From: Chiloscyllium plagiosum
Taxonomy: Eukaryota
DNA: 63,879 nt
NCBI RefSeq assembly: GCF_004010195.1
Contig: NC_057754.1
Location: 330,918 to 394,796, forward strand
Direction of reading: 5' to 3'
This document shows positions 22,801 through 36,244 of this stretch, one piece after another. Both the position numbers and the translations under genes were made by a program. Numbering within the stretch: position 1 is the stretch's first letter; every line of letters starts with the position of its first letter. The notes beneath the pieces are model-generated. The model saw only the letters and a list, made by a program, of their open reading frames with translations. It had not been told where the DNA came from and searched no databases.

Positions 22801-24097
22801 CCCTGCGCGCGCGTCGGTCGCGCAGCGAGCCCTGCGCGCGCGTCGGTCGCGCAGCGAGCCCTGCGCGCGCGTCGGTCGCGCAGCGAGCCCTGCGCGCGCG
22901 TCGGTCGCGCAGCGAGCCCTGCGCGCGCGTCGGTCGCGCAGCGAGCCCTGCGCGCGCGTCGGTCGCGCAGCGAGCCCTGCGCGCGCGTCGGTCGCGCAGC
23001 GAGCCCTGCGCGCGCGTCGGTCGCGCAGCGAGCCCTGCGCGCGCGTCGGTCGCGCAGCGAGCCCTGCGCGCGCGTCGGTCGCGCAGCGAGCCCTGCGCGC
23101 GCGTCGGTCGCGCAGCGAGCCCTGCGCGCGCGTCGGTCGCGCAGCGAGCCCTGCGCGCGCGTCGGTCGCGCAGCGAGCCCTGCGCGGGCGTCGGTCGCGC
23201 AGCGAGCCCTGCGCGGGCGTCGGTCGCGCAGCGAGCCCTGCGCGGGCGTCGGTCGCGCAGCGAGCCCTGCGCGCCCGTCGGTCGCGCAGCGAGCCCTGCG
23301 CTCCCGTCGGTCGCGCCGAGCCCTGTGCTCCCGTCGGTCGCGCAGCGAGCCCTGTGCTCCCGTCGGTCGCGCAGCGAGCCCTGTGCATCCGTCAGCGGTG
23401 GTCTGTGCATGTATCAGTCGCACTCTGATCAGTGAGCTCTCTGCCTGTTTGTCGGTCGCGCAATGAGCTTTGCGCACGGCGGTTACACGCTGAGCAGTGA
23501 GCTCTGCGCACGTGTCAGTCGCACACTGAGCAGTGAGCTCTGCGCACGTGTCAGTCGCCAACTGAACACTGAGATCTGCGCACGCGTCGGCCACACACTG
23601 AGCAGTGAGATCTGCACGTGTCGGTCGCACAGTGAGCTCTGCGCGCGTTAGTTACAACTTGAGCAGTGAGCTCTGTGCATGTGTCAGTCGTGCAGTGAGC
23701 TCTGTGTGTGTGTCAGTTGGGCAGTGAGGTGTGTGTGTCAGTCGCGCAGTGTGTTCCGTGCGTGTCAATCGCGCAGAATGTTCTGTATGTGTGTCAGTCA
23801 CACAGTGAACTTTGCAAGTGTGTCAATCTCGCCTTGCGCTCTGCACATGCGTGTCAGTCACTCAGTAAGCTCTGTGCGCGTTAGTCACGCAGTGAACTTA
23901 CGTGCATGTGTCAGTCGCGCCATGAGCTCTGCGCGTATCAGTCACTTGCAGAGTCGTGAGCTCTGCGCGTGTGTCAGTCGCACTGGTGAGCTCTGTGCCT
24001 GTGATTGTTTCCCCGACCAGTGAGCTCTGCATTTATGTCAGTCACGCAGTAAGCGCTGTGTGTGTGTTTGTGTGTGTCAGTCGCACCCTGAGCAGTG
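19878..24097. repeat. ~29-bp minisatellite domain with homogeneous CpG-rich core at ~22060-23270 (GTCGGTCGCGCAGCGAGCCCTGCGCGCGC)
   Basis: Period 29 read directly; core unit is 24/29 G+C with 8 CpG; flanking units are degenerate cagtgagctctgtgcgtgtgtcagtcgc. Confidence 0.97.
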
Positions 24098-24509
24098 GTT
24101 CAGATTCTGATCAATCCTTTGTCTGCACTTTATTCCAACACCCCATTATCTCCTATCCTTTGGGATCTGGTTTTTTGAGACACGGCTAAAACACAACACC
24201 AACAATATTTCCCAAATTCCCGATTGGTACCTAATCAGGAATGAATTTGGTTTGATTTTACTGGGCGCTCTTTCTCTCTCTGTCGCCTCTAGCAGTATAG
24301 AAAATACAAATCAATTCTGGAGCCAGTCTTTGATTTTCCTGATAAATTGTAGATTGTTGCAATGGCATTGATTCTAGCTGTGGGTGATCTGTTGTGGGCA
24401 ATCTTCAGGTTTCCGGATTGGTATCAGTAGCATCACTGGAAGATTCAGCATTTTCACCTCCTCATCAGACTGAAGTCAACACAAACTGCAAACCCCAGGC
24501 ATACATCCA

Positions 24510-24760
24510 CACCCACTCCTCTGCCCTCTCCTCACGCTCCTACCCGGCCCCTCTCCCCGTGCTCCTCCCCTACCCACTTCCCGCGCTCCTCCCCCGACCC
24601 ACTCCCCTGCCCTCTCCCTGCACTCCTCCCTAACGCCCTGTACTCTCATTCCTCCCTTGCTGAATCCTCGAGCTCCCGCCTGCCTTCTCCCTGCGCCCTC
24701 CCCCTCGATCCCTTCCCTCTCTGCTATTTCCCCCGCCTATCCCTCGTCCTTCCTCAATTG
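24510..24760. repeat. C-rich low-complexity tract (G-runs on - strand)
   Basis: Many CCC/CCCC runs with short spacers. Confidence 0.7.
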
Positions 24761-25328
24761 TGCTGCGTACTGGGATCTCACTCTCGGCTTATCCGTTTGA
24801 AATCTGCCTCACGCTCTTATTACACCTTAGCCTGTGAACTGTAGCTTCTGTCAAATGCATCAGTCTGGTTCCTATGAATCAAGGACAGTTTAAGTTGCTT
24901 GTCCTGCAACTGCCCAGTGCAAACTGTGCCTCGGCCTTGTCCCTGGGCTGATGACTCTTGCTGGCTGGAACAAGAGATTACAGGAGTGGGACAGTTTTTT
25001 TTCACACAGTCTCTGTGATGTTCCTAACAGCTGAGGACTGCAGTGGTTTACCACCTCCTTCAGGGCATTTAGGGATGGGTCCACCCTTGGAGCAATTTTT
25101 TAAAAATAGGTCATGCTGACCACCTTTTATTTTTCAATACTGAGGTAGAGATTTCCAATCAAATAAATTTGATTGAATAAAGTGAGCAATCAGAGGTTAT
25201 GGGGGAAAAGGCAGGAAAGTGGAGTTGATGGTCAGATCAGCCATGATCTCATTGAATGGCAGAACAGACTTGATGGGCTGAATAGCCTACTCCTATTCCT
25301 CTATCTTATGGTATTTGCAGAAGCTTAA

Positions 25329-25572
25329 GGTGGCTCAATGGTTAGCACTGCTGCCTCACAATGCCAGGGACCCGGGTTCGATTCCAGCCTTGGGTGACTG
25401 TGTGGAGTTTGCACATTCTCTCCATATCTGCATGGGGTTTCCTCCCACAATCCAAAGATGTGCTGGTTAGGGTGAATTGACCATGGGAACTGTAGGGTTA
25501 CAGGGATAGGGTGGGGCTCTGAGTGGGAAGCTGTTTGGAAGTTCGGTATGCACTTGATAGACTGAATGGCCT
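25329..25572 (+). mobile_element. HE1-type SINE, diverged
   Basis: ggtggctcaatggttagcactgctgcctcac...cccgggttcgattcc...tgtggagtttgcacattct. Confidence 0.85.
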
Positions 25573-25987
25573 GGACTTCTAAAAATTACAATCCTGGCTG
25601 TGATTCAAATTAAAAAGGAGGTAGATCTTATGTGCAGTGTGTGTCGTGGGGAGTGATAGGAAAGACTCAGGATGATCTGATGGATTGCTGAAGGTTATGA
25701 AAGGTTTTGATAATATAGACATTAAGCTCAATGTGCTCCATCAATATGAAACGTCCCTTGCCTAGAGGGTGGGAAGAATGTGGGACTTGTTCCCATAAGG
25801 AAGGGTCAAGGAGAATCCTGTTGATACATTTAAGGGAGGGAAGCTGGATAAACACATGAGAGAAAGGGATAGGGTGGTGGTGAGGCTCATATGGAGCTGA
25901 AACATCAGCTGATGGGCTGAATGGCCTGTTTCTGTTTTGTCAACTGGGTTTAATTTGAATTGTAATCTGTCTCGCCTCTTCCTCCAG

Positions 25988-26330
25988 ATCCAATCTCAGT
26001 GCGGAGAAAGACGAGAACAAAGATGCCAAACCTAGGTCACTACGTTTCACGTGGAGTATGAAGACAACAAGTTCAATGGAGCCCAATGAAATGATGAAAG
26101 AGATCGGCAAGGTTCTGGATGCCAATAACTGTGAGCATGAGGGACGGGAACGGTACATGCTGTTCTGTATGCATGGGGACCCCACCAAGGACAACCTGGT
26201 GCAATGGGAGATGGAAGTGTGCAAACTGCCCCGACTCTCCCTCAACGGAGTCCGTTTCAAACGCATATCTGGCACCTCCATAGCATTTAAGAATATAGCG
26301 TCCAAAATTGCCAATGAACTCAAGCTGTAA
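25988..26330 (+). CDS. MARK2: MARK2 terminal coding exon, KA1 (kinase-associated 1) domain
   Basis: Acceptor ctcttcctccag; (R)[36 protein letters not shown]...[50 protein letters not shown] and adjacency to RCOR2 favour MARK2 over MARK1/3/4. Confidence 0.95.
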
Positions 26331-29300
26331 GGAAAGCCATGCGAACTTGTCCAAGATTGTTGGAGGCACCAGGTTTAATCGGGACAGTTGAGCAAGAACT
26401 CAAGCTGACACTTTCTGGGCTGGATTCTTTCAGTTTTGAGATTTATTTTTTGCATTAGTGTTTTAAGTTTATTTTTTAGTTTTTTTTATCTGACTGATCA
26501 TGTATTGCACACATTCTTGACATGTCACTGTGGGATGGCAGATTTGTTGAACTCCACACCCTGCCTCTTTCCTTTTCCCCATATCCCTCCTCCTGCATAT
26601 ATGGTGACTTGAAGCAGAGGCCATTAACTTTGGATCTCACATTGTGCACTACACTAACACTGTAGTGAGTGGATTTCTCCAGGTAGTTGAGATGAAGAAG
26701 AGCAGGTTTATTACTTGTGGCCTGAAAAGAGTATGTAATTGTGAGGAACTTCTAAACTCAGCAGTTGCCTAATTATAGACTCAATTGTAGCATTTATTGG
26801 ATTAAAAGTAATATCCCTCTTCCTCCTCCTGTTTTCCCTTTCCACTCTCCACCTTTTGCTTCCCATACTCTCTCCTTCATTTTTCTCCCACTCTGTACAT
26901 CATCACTCTTTGGAGAACTGGGCCTGAATAAGGTTTAATTCTCAGAATTCCTGCTTTGTTAACTTGTTCCCAGGGAGAATGAGCCAAGGCCCTTTTCCAA
27001 GATTTGTGCCTTCAGTTAGCAACTGGTTCTGATTGTAAACCTTGTGCCAATGGGCTCTCTGCCCAGCTTCTTGATGTTGATTGAAGGATGATTGGTTTGG
27101 GATGATGGGGGGCTCACTTTCCAGAATCCCTACGTTCTTAATGTCCCTCTTCCATCTTCTTCCTCCTTATACCACCACCATCATTCACTCACTCACTCTT
27201 CCTCCCCCACTCCACAACCCCCCCACCCCCTTCAAGCCTTCACTTTTTTTTCTCCACCCCAACTTATGTCCTGTTACACTACAAAACCAACACTATCTGC
27301 TTATGTGCCCAGGAGCTGTTTAAAATCAGGCTCCTCCTTGTGAAATCAGGAGATTGGAACACCATTTCTGTACAAGACAAAATAATCATGGCTGTTTCTG
27401 AGTTGTTTCCATTTCATTCTGGAATTCCTGTTTAGATTTATTTACTGAATAGTCCCTTTTAATAGTTTATGCATCCCAGTCAAAGCTTCTTCCCTAACCC
27501 AAAGCAACTTAAGTAAAGATTGGAAAAGGGAAGAATTTTTGGAAGGTCTTCGCTGTTGAAGTTTCTGAGAATTTGTAAATTAATTAATGCAATCTTCCTG
27601 TCTTCTGTCTTTTTAAAAATTAATTAAGCAGTAGATTAATCTCAAATTATTGACAAACATTCTTTATTCAGCTGAATGTTGAGCTCCCAAACCATTCCTT
27701 TATTCCTTCGTCTTCCCCAACAGAATAATTTAAATTGGGTTAAACTTCCAAGGCAGAAATTTCTTCCAGGGTCCCCAACCCCATTTGTTTTTCAACCAGT
27801 GACTGTTAAGTAGCCTCTGGTCTGTTAGATGCAGTGTTGGTCCACATTAACTGTGATTATTTCATTTTGCATGACTATTTCCAGGGTATTACAGAGAGAT
27901 GCGACACAGCAATGTATTTATAAACTTTACCTGTAATCTCCTTCTCACATTGCATGTCTTCATCCACCCAGAGTGAAAATATTATATTCCTCCCTGGTTT
28001 CTTTGGTCCTCCTGCCCAGTCGTTCCTGATCTCCCTGAGGCCTGGATGGTGTCACTGGCGAGTTGGACAAGTTCAGTAGGTGTACTGTTTGTTGCTCACC
28101 ACCAAAGATGCCCCTTCACCGTAGGAACCACGAGTCCCAAGTACCACCAGGGGCTGCCATCCTGTTTCTAGATTAGAAATGCCCCCCTGAAAACGGGGAT
28201 TGGAGAATAGATGTCCAAAGTACAATGGGCATTAGCCCACTTGGACCTGCTGCTGTCTGAGAGTTTGGTTCTGGCCCCAGTTTGTGAGCTAAGATCAGTA
28301 ATCAGTGTCTGTGTCCAAGAAGGAAACAGTGACAGGAGAGGTAAGGGAATTGGCATATTCATTGGTTGGGGGAGGAATAGAGAAGCAATTATCAACCTAA
28401 AGAAATTATACCTCCCCCCCTACACCCACAAGGATTGGGGATGAAGCAGAGGCATTGTTGTATGTGAAATGTACTTTAAGGACAGCTATGTTTGGGTAGG
28501 AGTGAAGGTGGGTCTCTCCTCCAGTTGTGTCCACCCTTTATTTTGTCAGTGTGTGTACTGCTGGCCAGAGTTGTGAAAAGATGAGAGTTGATTGAAAGGG
28601 CCAGGGTGAGACTGAACAGGTGAACAAGTTAGGTAAGAAGAGGCAGTGGCAGATGGACTCAGTATTTGGTTTAGTCTCCCACAATCTTTGGCCCCATCTC
28701 CAGTCCCTGTCTAAATGAATGCTGGTGATAGAAACTAACTACTGCAAATACAAAGGGTCAGTCATCATGTTACAGCAGTGACCGGGTCTGACACTAAACT
28801 CCAGGGTTTCTGAGGTTCCAAGGCAGGTGTTTTTCCCATCTTCAATACTTAAACTGAGGACACAGATATCTGAGCAATCACTCTGCTATTCCAACTGATG
28901 CAAACATCTTAACAAAGGCTTGAACCACCATTTTGATTTTCAGTTCAATCTTTATTTAGGTGTTTTCAATTTTAGGAAGTGTGTGTATTATACCTCAACA
29001 AGCAGATTTCTCGTTTGATACTGGACTCTCTTGAATGTCAGTGGGCATAGAGAAACTTGCTGTGTCTGACTAGTCCTGGCTTGGATTCCAGCTGAGTTAG
29101 GACTCTAGGTCTGGCTCTGCACAGTATGTGCATTGATTAGGCATATTCATAGCCCAAATCTGTATCGACTTCAAACACATAGTTGTCAGGGATTGGGTGA
29201 TTCAGTTGGTCTGTTCATCGCCAGGATTTTGTTCCTAAGTCAAGTACAGAGGGGATGAAAGCCTTAAGACATGAGCCCCATTCAGTAATCATTTGGTTCT

Positions 29301-31210
29301 CAGCTGCTGGCAACACACTTGATTGCCATGTGGTATTTGGTTAAGTAGTGATAAGATGTGGTTAATATATCTGCAAAGCTACCTACTTTTTAAACACACT
29401 TCCTCCTGGACTGACGCTTTCATCCAGCTGGGAACCAGCAGAACAAGGTGGGATTCCTTCAGTTCATCTCTCTTCACAAGCTCAGACATCTTCTCCCAAT
29501 TTGTGCAACACTTCTTCATTCAGAGAAATTGATTTCTTGTTCTAATTCAACTCGGATCTTGACAAACACTGTAACATAGAGAAAGCTAATCTTTTAGATT
29601 TTCAGTTGTTGCATTGTATTTGCTGATGTAAAAAAGGCCATGCTTTTCTTGTACTGTCAGTTAAATGAGGCTCCTGCTCTCTGTTCAGATCTCCGTTGTC
29701 TTGCCTCAAATGACTATTTTATAAAGTTCTTTGAGACAGAAGTTGGTAACTTGACTGATCTGAGACTGCAGTGGGATAATTTCCTAATGAGCAGGTAGAG
29801 TACCTGCTTAGTTAAAGGACATATATATAATAGATCACCTGTACATGTAGAGATGACATGCCATTTTCCCATTGCTGTAAATTACCCAAAACAATCTAAT
29901 CCTTTTTTTCTAATTTGTCTCCTATAGAAAGATGTCTGGCTCTGTGTATCAGAATTATATTATTAACCTGCAGCAATTTCTCGCCTGAAAATTAATTTGC
30001 TTTCATGCCCTCTGCCCAGTCCAACCCTATTTTCTTAAGTAATTCTTAATCACATTTTACGTTTAAATATAAATTTGGCTGCAGGGATTTGTTTTTAAAA
30101 CCCTGGTTTTGCCTGAGGTGCCCCAACATCTCTGTTGACTCTGTTCCTAGGACCAGAGTTCTAGCTCTGCAATCAGTCCCTTTGATGCGAGCCACTCTGT
30201 AACATACACATCTCTTTTTTTATTGCTGCATTGCTAATTATGGAGATCAAAACCTGTGGTCCATTCAGATTTGATGTTTGTACAAAATAATTTAAGTAAA
30301 AATGGGGTAGTACCCCAATTTCCTACTTCACTTTCCTGCATTTCAGTGTATACTTTGCTGCTGCTGTTATTAAACAGATTCCTTCTTTAGAATGATATCA
30401 CTCTACCTTGGCTCTTCTGTTATAAAGGCACTGACTTTTGTGGAAAGCCTTGTGGCTTCCATGTAGGGACAACTGCAACTTGCCACTAGTCAGGGACTGG
30501 AGTAAGGAACGTGAGGCAGTATCAGTCAAATCACTACCCAACATTCTCACACTCTCTCCGCCCCCTCCCCCCTCCCAACCCCAACATACACACCCACCTC
30601 AGTTGTTCCTTTCCCCAAATAGTCAGTCCTGGCTCTTAAAAGCAGTCATTAAAACCATTTGCCAATATTAGTAACATTAATTTTCACCCTAAACAAGCTC
30701 TACAGTTTCCACTTGAAACTTGATTTATGACTTTTTAAAATAAAAGATTCAGGGTGCTGTATGCCCTGGCCAAGCAATGGAGAATCCTATTTACACTCCA
30801 GTTTATTTGAAGAAGGCTCTGCTGGATTAAATCTGTCTTTGAATTTCAACATCTGTGATGCTAGGGCACTTAGGAACTGCTATGAAATTGAATTCTCAAG
30901 GGTTTAAGAACCACTTCCAACCTAATAGATCTGATGTGTGTATGGAGGGGAGGGGTGGGTGTTGTGGAACAAAGAATTTATTTAATTTTTTTAAATCATG
31001 AGTTTTGGGGCATATTTTCTGCATGACCCAAACTGGGAAATTGGTTTGTGTAGCTGTTTTTGTGTTAATTTCTTTGAATGATTGATGCCCTTTCATTTGA
31101 GAATTGTTTAATTGGAACCTGGCACCAGAGGGAGGAAAATAATGTATTAAATTTGGACTGGGAAAAGTTCACCTTTATGATTATAATAAAGATTCTCCTT
31201 CTATAGTTTA
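26331..31210 (+). other. MARK2: Putative long MARK2 3'UTR
   Basis: Follows the stop codon, U-rich, no recognisable SINE/LINE, ends after AATAAA 31185-31190 (another AATAAA at 30739-30744). Confidence 0.65.
31185..31190 (+). terminator. MARK2 polyadenylation signal AATAAA
   Basis: Followed about 30 nt later by GU-rich tggtctgcctgttgtt. Confidence 0.65.
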
Positions 31211-32079
31211 ACATAACATTGGTCTGCCTGTTGTTATTACAGGTTAAGAGGAATCAGTTCATAAGAGGGTCAATGAGACAAATTGTTCAAATGTTAGCAA
31301 TGCAAAGGTGGATAAAGCTGCCTCAACAAGTGATATTTCTAATTTTAATAATAGTTATTTCAAATCCACACTCTATTTGTAAGTGAATGGAGAAATAACT
31401 TGGAGGACAGAATGGCTTCTTGCTTCTGTGTTATCAACCAAGTCTGCTGATGTTTGTGGTAATTACCCAATGCCAGCTGAGCAGGGGTTGTCCATGTCTT
31501 ACCTGCTAGGACGTTAGTGGCTGCCTTGGGACTCTTAGTTTTACGGCTGCCCAACTGGGAATAGGTCAACTTCTGCAGCTGGCATCTAAAAACAGTTGAG
31601 TTAGGAAAGCTTTTTCCTGCTTTTTTTCACTCTGCTAATTCAATCCAGTTCAGGTCACGCATTGCCATTTCCACATATGGGACAATGGAATCTGGGGTCA
31701 TGGCCTTTTGAGAACAGTTGAGATCAGCCTTGGCATCATTCCCAGAACCAAAGGCTAGTGACAGGCTCTCCACAGCAGCAAAATCCTTGTGCTCAGTGTT
31801 CTGACCATAGGATTCTCTGCATCATGAAAGGCACTGTTCAGTAGTGCATAAAATCACAAAAACATAAATACACATTAACATTTACCATTGGAACGGTTTG
31901 AAAAATACACTGAGTCCATGTTTGAGAGAGAAGAATGTACATGGGGCTGTGGGAGAAGATTAAAAGATTGGGTTGAACCCATAATTGATAGCTGAATACT
32001 TGTACATTATCTGGAAATCTTGGTCCTTCACTTGGCTGGATCCCAAAGTATTTAAAAAAAAACCAGGAGAATTCCAATA

Positions 32080-32190
32080 TCTGTTCCTCAAATACATTAT
32101 GATCTTGCTCTGTGCAAACCAGCTGCTGTGTTTCAAACACTACGACAGTGACTACAGTTCCAAAAGTACTTCATTAGATGTCATGAGGTA
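32080..32190 (+). mobile_element. SacSINE1/DeuSINE-like remnant in the intergenic spacer
   Basis: gatcttgctctgtgcaaa..gctgctgtgtttc..acagtgactaca..caaaagtacttcatt; related to 34250-34390 and 38520-38700. Confidence 0.5.
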
Positions 32191-32279
32191 TCAGCACGTA
32201 GGGTCAATCATGATGGCTGGGTCGAGTTAACCACAAACCAAAAAACAACACAAGTCTAAGTCAGCAACTAGTAAAATAT

Positions 32280-32285
32280 TTTATT
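32280..32285 (-). terminator. RCOR2 polyadenylation signal AATAAA
   Basis: TTTATT on + strand with a strong GU/U-rich downstream element on - (cttgtgttgttttttggtttgtggtt, 32229-32254). Confidence 0.75.
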
Positions 32286-34249
32286 GAAATCCCATCATTC
32301 ACAATTTCCATTGCTGAACACCTGGAAATTCTGAACTGACTAAGCAGGGAAGAAGTATACCAAACTCACTAAAAAAAAGTTTGTAAAACACCAAAAATAA
32401 GTTAAGGAATCGTCAAATGACATTTAAAAAAAACACACGTGAGCACGCACACGCGCGCACACACACACACACTCTTAATAAAAACACAACAGAACATACA
32501 GGTAGCTAATACTGAAACAGTTATCCACAGCAGACATGAGCACTGACTGAAGTCTGAGAGGGGCCATACCGGAAAAAATATACTTTTAAAAAAAAAGAGT
32601 TCTAGCAGGTATTTAATTGACCTGGAGTCCTGCTAGTCTAGGATACAGAGTGTGAGCGCTGTCCTTTAATAGTGTTGCAGTTCAGCTATTTCACACTCAT
32701 TCAATTTTGAAATCTATATGAATGCAACATTAAAATGTTGATTTCCCTCACTGGTTCCCTGGAGTAGGGGCCATGGAGGTATTTGTATTAGGGACAGAAT
32801 GAATATTGCTATACTGCTAAATTGTGCAAGGGTCAAACAGGGCTGAGGAAAAAGGTAACAGCAAATGTTTTAATCCAAGTCTATCTCTCATTCACACAGT
32901 ATACTTATCACAATCTTTTGACCATTTTCCCCAGAAAGAAAGAATCCAGTTAAAAGCTAAACATTAATCTAACTCAGCAGGTAGTTCATTAGCTTATTCA
33001 AGAAATCAGAGAACATCTTTCAGCAAGTGCACTGGAAAACCCAAATTGCTGCTCTTTACCATCTACAGGGTGGCAGAAGGGTTGGAAACAAACTGGCTTT
33101 CGAGACAAGAGAATCAAAGTGGGGGGGAAATAGGGAGTCAGGCAGATAACTGACAGAGTCAGGAGCCCACAAAGGAGGATCCTACCTTGGACTGTGGAAT
33201 GAACTGTAGTTGCTCTTTTCTCACTAAGGCATCAAAGTGGGGCAGCATGCTTTCTTTATAATCATACACAGACAAGTTGAATTGACTGAACAAAGCAAAT
33301 CTGATATTCAGGATTACTTTCTACAGTCACCTATGAAATAAAGAAGATTGATGACTTCAAGAAGTCTCATTAATTCTGTGTGAACTTATTATTTTATGGC
33401 AAAATACAAAATGATACGTGTAAAAGACAGACACCAGTCTGGATAAAGGTAAGGTCATTATTATACATCCCAATCTGATAATAGAGATGGCATTAAAAAA
33501 AGGCAATCTGACTGCTTACAGAATTGACTAACACAGGAACACCTTACATCAGGACTAAGTCTGTAAACCTGTGAATCCAATAAAGATTTATGGCTGTAAT
33601 GGGAAAGGATGCTCCAATTTCAAAACTCTGGATGAAAAATAGTAAGAGAATGTGTCTATCTACAACCTTGCTAAATTTCCAAAAGCACTCTTAAAAGCTC
33701 CAGAACCAACTCATAATATATTTAATCATCACACGAGATTCCTTCAAGGAACTCAATGGTTTCCATTCAATCTTGGTGCATCCTGGACACCTTGTCACAG
33801 ATATGACATGGTTTTGCAGGAAGTAATGTACAGTGCTTGTCCCTGCTCCCTTTCCTACAAACCAGATCATTAAGAGCAGACATGAAATAAGTGCTCATAC
33901 ACATCAGTACTCTGGAGCTAGCAAGTCCAAAGTGAGCTGACACAACCGAGTGATACTTCTGCTGTCATAGGGATTTGCGAAAACCATTCACCAGATCTTA
34001 AAACCTGCAAATCAGTTCGAAGTTAAAGTCGATATTAAACAGAGGCAGAAAGGACGTACAACCCTACATTCATTCATTATCCCAAAATTTTAGTTGGCTT
34101 TTAGTTTTGGACTGGTGGTGGTGGGAGGGGCAAGTCTTTGGGTGGGGGTCAGGTTAACATCCCACACACAGCACTGAGGCAAGGTCAGGGCAGCTTTGAA
34201 TGTAAACCCTTCCTGAGATCAGTCAACATTGATCCTCACTTCATTGAAA

Positions 34250-34390
34250 AACCATATCTGGTCATTTATCTTACCATCATGTGTAAAACTCCCCCTGCTT
34301 ACATCACTACAGTAACTACACTTCATTGGCTGTAAAGCACTTTCAATGGGGCATCCAGAGATGATGACAGTTACTATAGCAATCAAAGCT
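34250..34390 (+). mobile_element. SacSINE1/DeuSINE-like 3' remnant
   Basis: tacagtaactacacttcattggctgtaaagcactt...catccagag...ctata. Confidence 0.55.
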
Positions 34391-34962
34391 CCTTCTGTTT
34401 TAGATAATGGGAGATGGTCACCCTGAGTTGTAGTTGGGTGCTAAAGCTTTGGAGTGGCTGGATGGGGTGGGGATGCAGGAGCAAATAGAAGGTGATTAAT
34501 GGCTGTCAGAAAGGAAGACAGAAATGTGACCATTATGCCCTCTCCCTGAGGGAGCAGTCACCACTCCTAACTCAAGCAGCAAGGTGGTAGCAGGCTAGGT
34601 AATACTTCTAGAGAATAGCTTTCTCATCTCAAGTTATTCAGAGTGGCTGGGATCAGTACCCTTCTTCAGAAAGGAAAATAAAACAATTGCTGCAATGAAA
34701 TTAGACAAAGAGATGAAGGAGGAGAGAATCTCTCAGCCTTCACTTCATTTGGCACAATATGACATTAAAAAACTTCAACAAGAATAAAAAATGATTCCCA
34801 GTTACAGGACGAGTCAGAAGCCAGAGGTACACAGATTTAAGAAGATTAGCAAAAGAGAAAGGCAATGAGGAATATTATAACACAGCAAGTTGTTGTGATC
34901 TAGAATGCGCTGCCTACTGGGGGAGTAGAAACAGACTCAACAGGAAATATCAAAATGAATTC

Positions 34963-35311
34963 ATAGATTTCATGGAATCCCTACAGCGTGGAAGCAGGCC
35001 ATTCAGCTCATTGAGTCAACAACAACCCTCTGAAGAGCATTCCACCCAGATCCCCGACACCCTATTCCCATATCCCTTCATTTCCCACAGCTAATCCACC
35101 TAACCTGCACATCCGTGGACACAATGAACAATTTAGCATGGTCAATCCACTTAACCTAAACATCTCTGGACTGTGAGAGGAAATCGGAGCACCTGGAGGT
35201 AACCCATGCAGACACAGCAAAAATGTGCAAATTCCACCAAACAGTCATCCAAGGGTGGAATCAACCCGGGTTCCTGGCCCTGAGGCAGCAATGCTAACCA
35301 ACTGTGCCACC
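34963..35311 (-). mobile_element. HE1-type SINE inside a CR1 remnant in the RCOR2 3'UTR
   Basis: Reverse complement begins ggtggcacagttggttagcattgctgcctca; tail gggattccatgaaatctatg. Confidence 0.85.
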
Positions 35312-36244
35312 CAATTCCAAAAAAAGGTAGAAGGGAAATGTTGCATGGCTGTGGGGCAAGTGAAAAAATTTAGATCAGGTTTTAAAACAGCTTTTGATAT
35401 GATGGACTGGAATGGATTGTTCCAGGAGTCAAAATTGTAGGAAAACTCAACATTGCTCAAGTAAGCCTTCATCTCATAGACTCTTTTGAGATCTCTGTGA
35501 TCTCATCACACTTCTCCAATCAAAATCTCTCAGGATCACTGGGTCACTAACTATCCTCCCCAATGACTAATGTTCTGACATTGAGATTCTGTCCATATTT
35601 CCAAGAGAAAATCCCAGTTTATGTTTTTAAAACCATAATTCAGACTTTAAAATGGGAGTGCCAGTTAAGGAGAGCAACACACTTTTACACATTGCTCTAG
35701 GCCACCATGCGTACTACTAAAGAATACCCCAACACTGTTCAAGTGTACTGCAGTCATATGGAATACAGACTGTGTCTCTCCCTACCCACCCCTGCTTCAG
35801 CTATCTGCTTCTTAACGTACCAACACTTTTCCCTACCACCCAAAGGCCTATGGTGAAGCAGTCAGTATCTACAAACAATCTCAGACACTCAAACTACATA
35901 TGGTCCCTTTTCACGTTTCACAAAGGAAATATTAATTCTTCACTTTTAGTTATTTCATCACCTTCAGCCACCTGATCCTACAGGGTGGACAGATAGCTTC
36001 TCCCTCAAGCAGAGAGAAATAGCACTCTAGAAACCTTCTAGCTATCTAGGAACCATGAGGATACAGAAGATTCAAAACAGCAAGTGAACAGGGTAGGAAA
36101 AGGAGAGAGGGGACTGGAGGGAAGAGAATAATGCCCCCTTGGGAGATTTTCAATAGACTGGGAGTCTCAGAGACAATCCTGCTACTTAATGTGGACAATT
36201 AACACTTCTGGGTGGGCTCCAGGTAAAATAGAACTGAAAATGGC

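Noticed and set aside
21850..23630. Four 460-560 aa Arg/Ala-rich ORFs
   Set aside because: Produced by a stop-free 29-bp repeat; all three minus-strand frames give the same 29-aa cycle; intronic, no splice or domain support
25988..26330. Assignment as MARK3 (with RCOR1)
   Set aside because: Some residues are MARK3-like, but MEPNEMM, the NLSFRFAR microexon and the RCOR2-type neighbour support MARK2
27006..27012. miR-124 seed match GTGCCTT in the MARK2 3'UTR
   Set aside because: A single 7-mer in 5 kb is expected by chance; conservation cannot be assessed here
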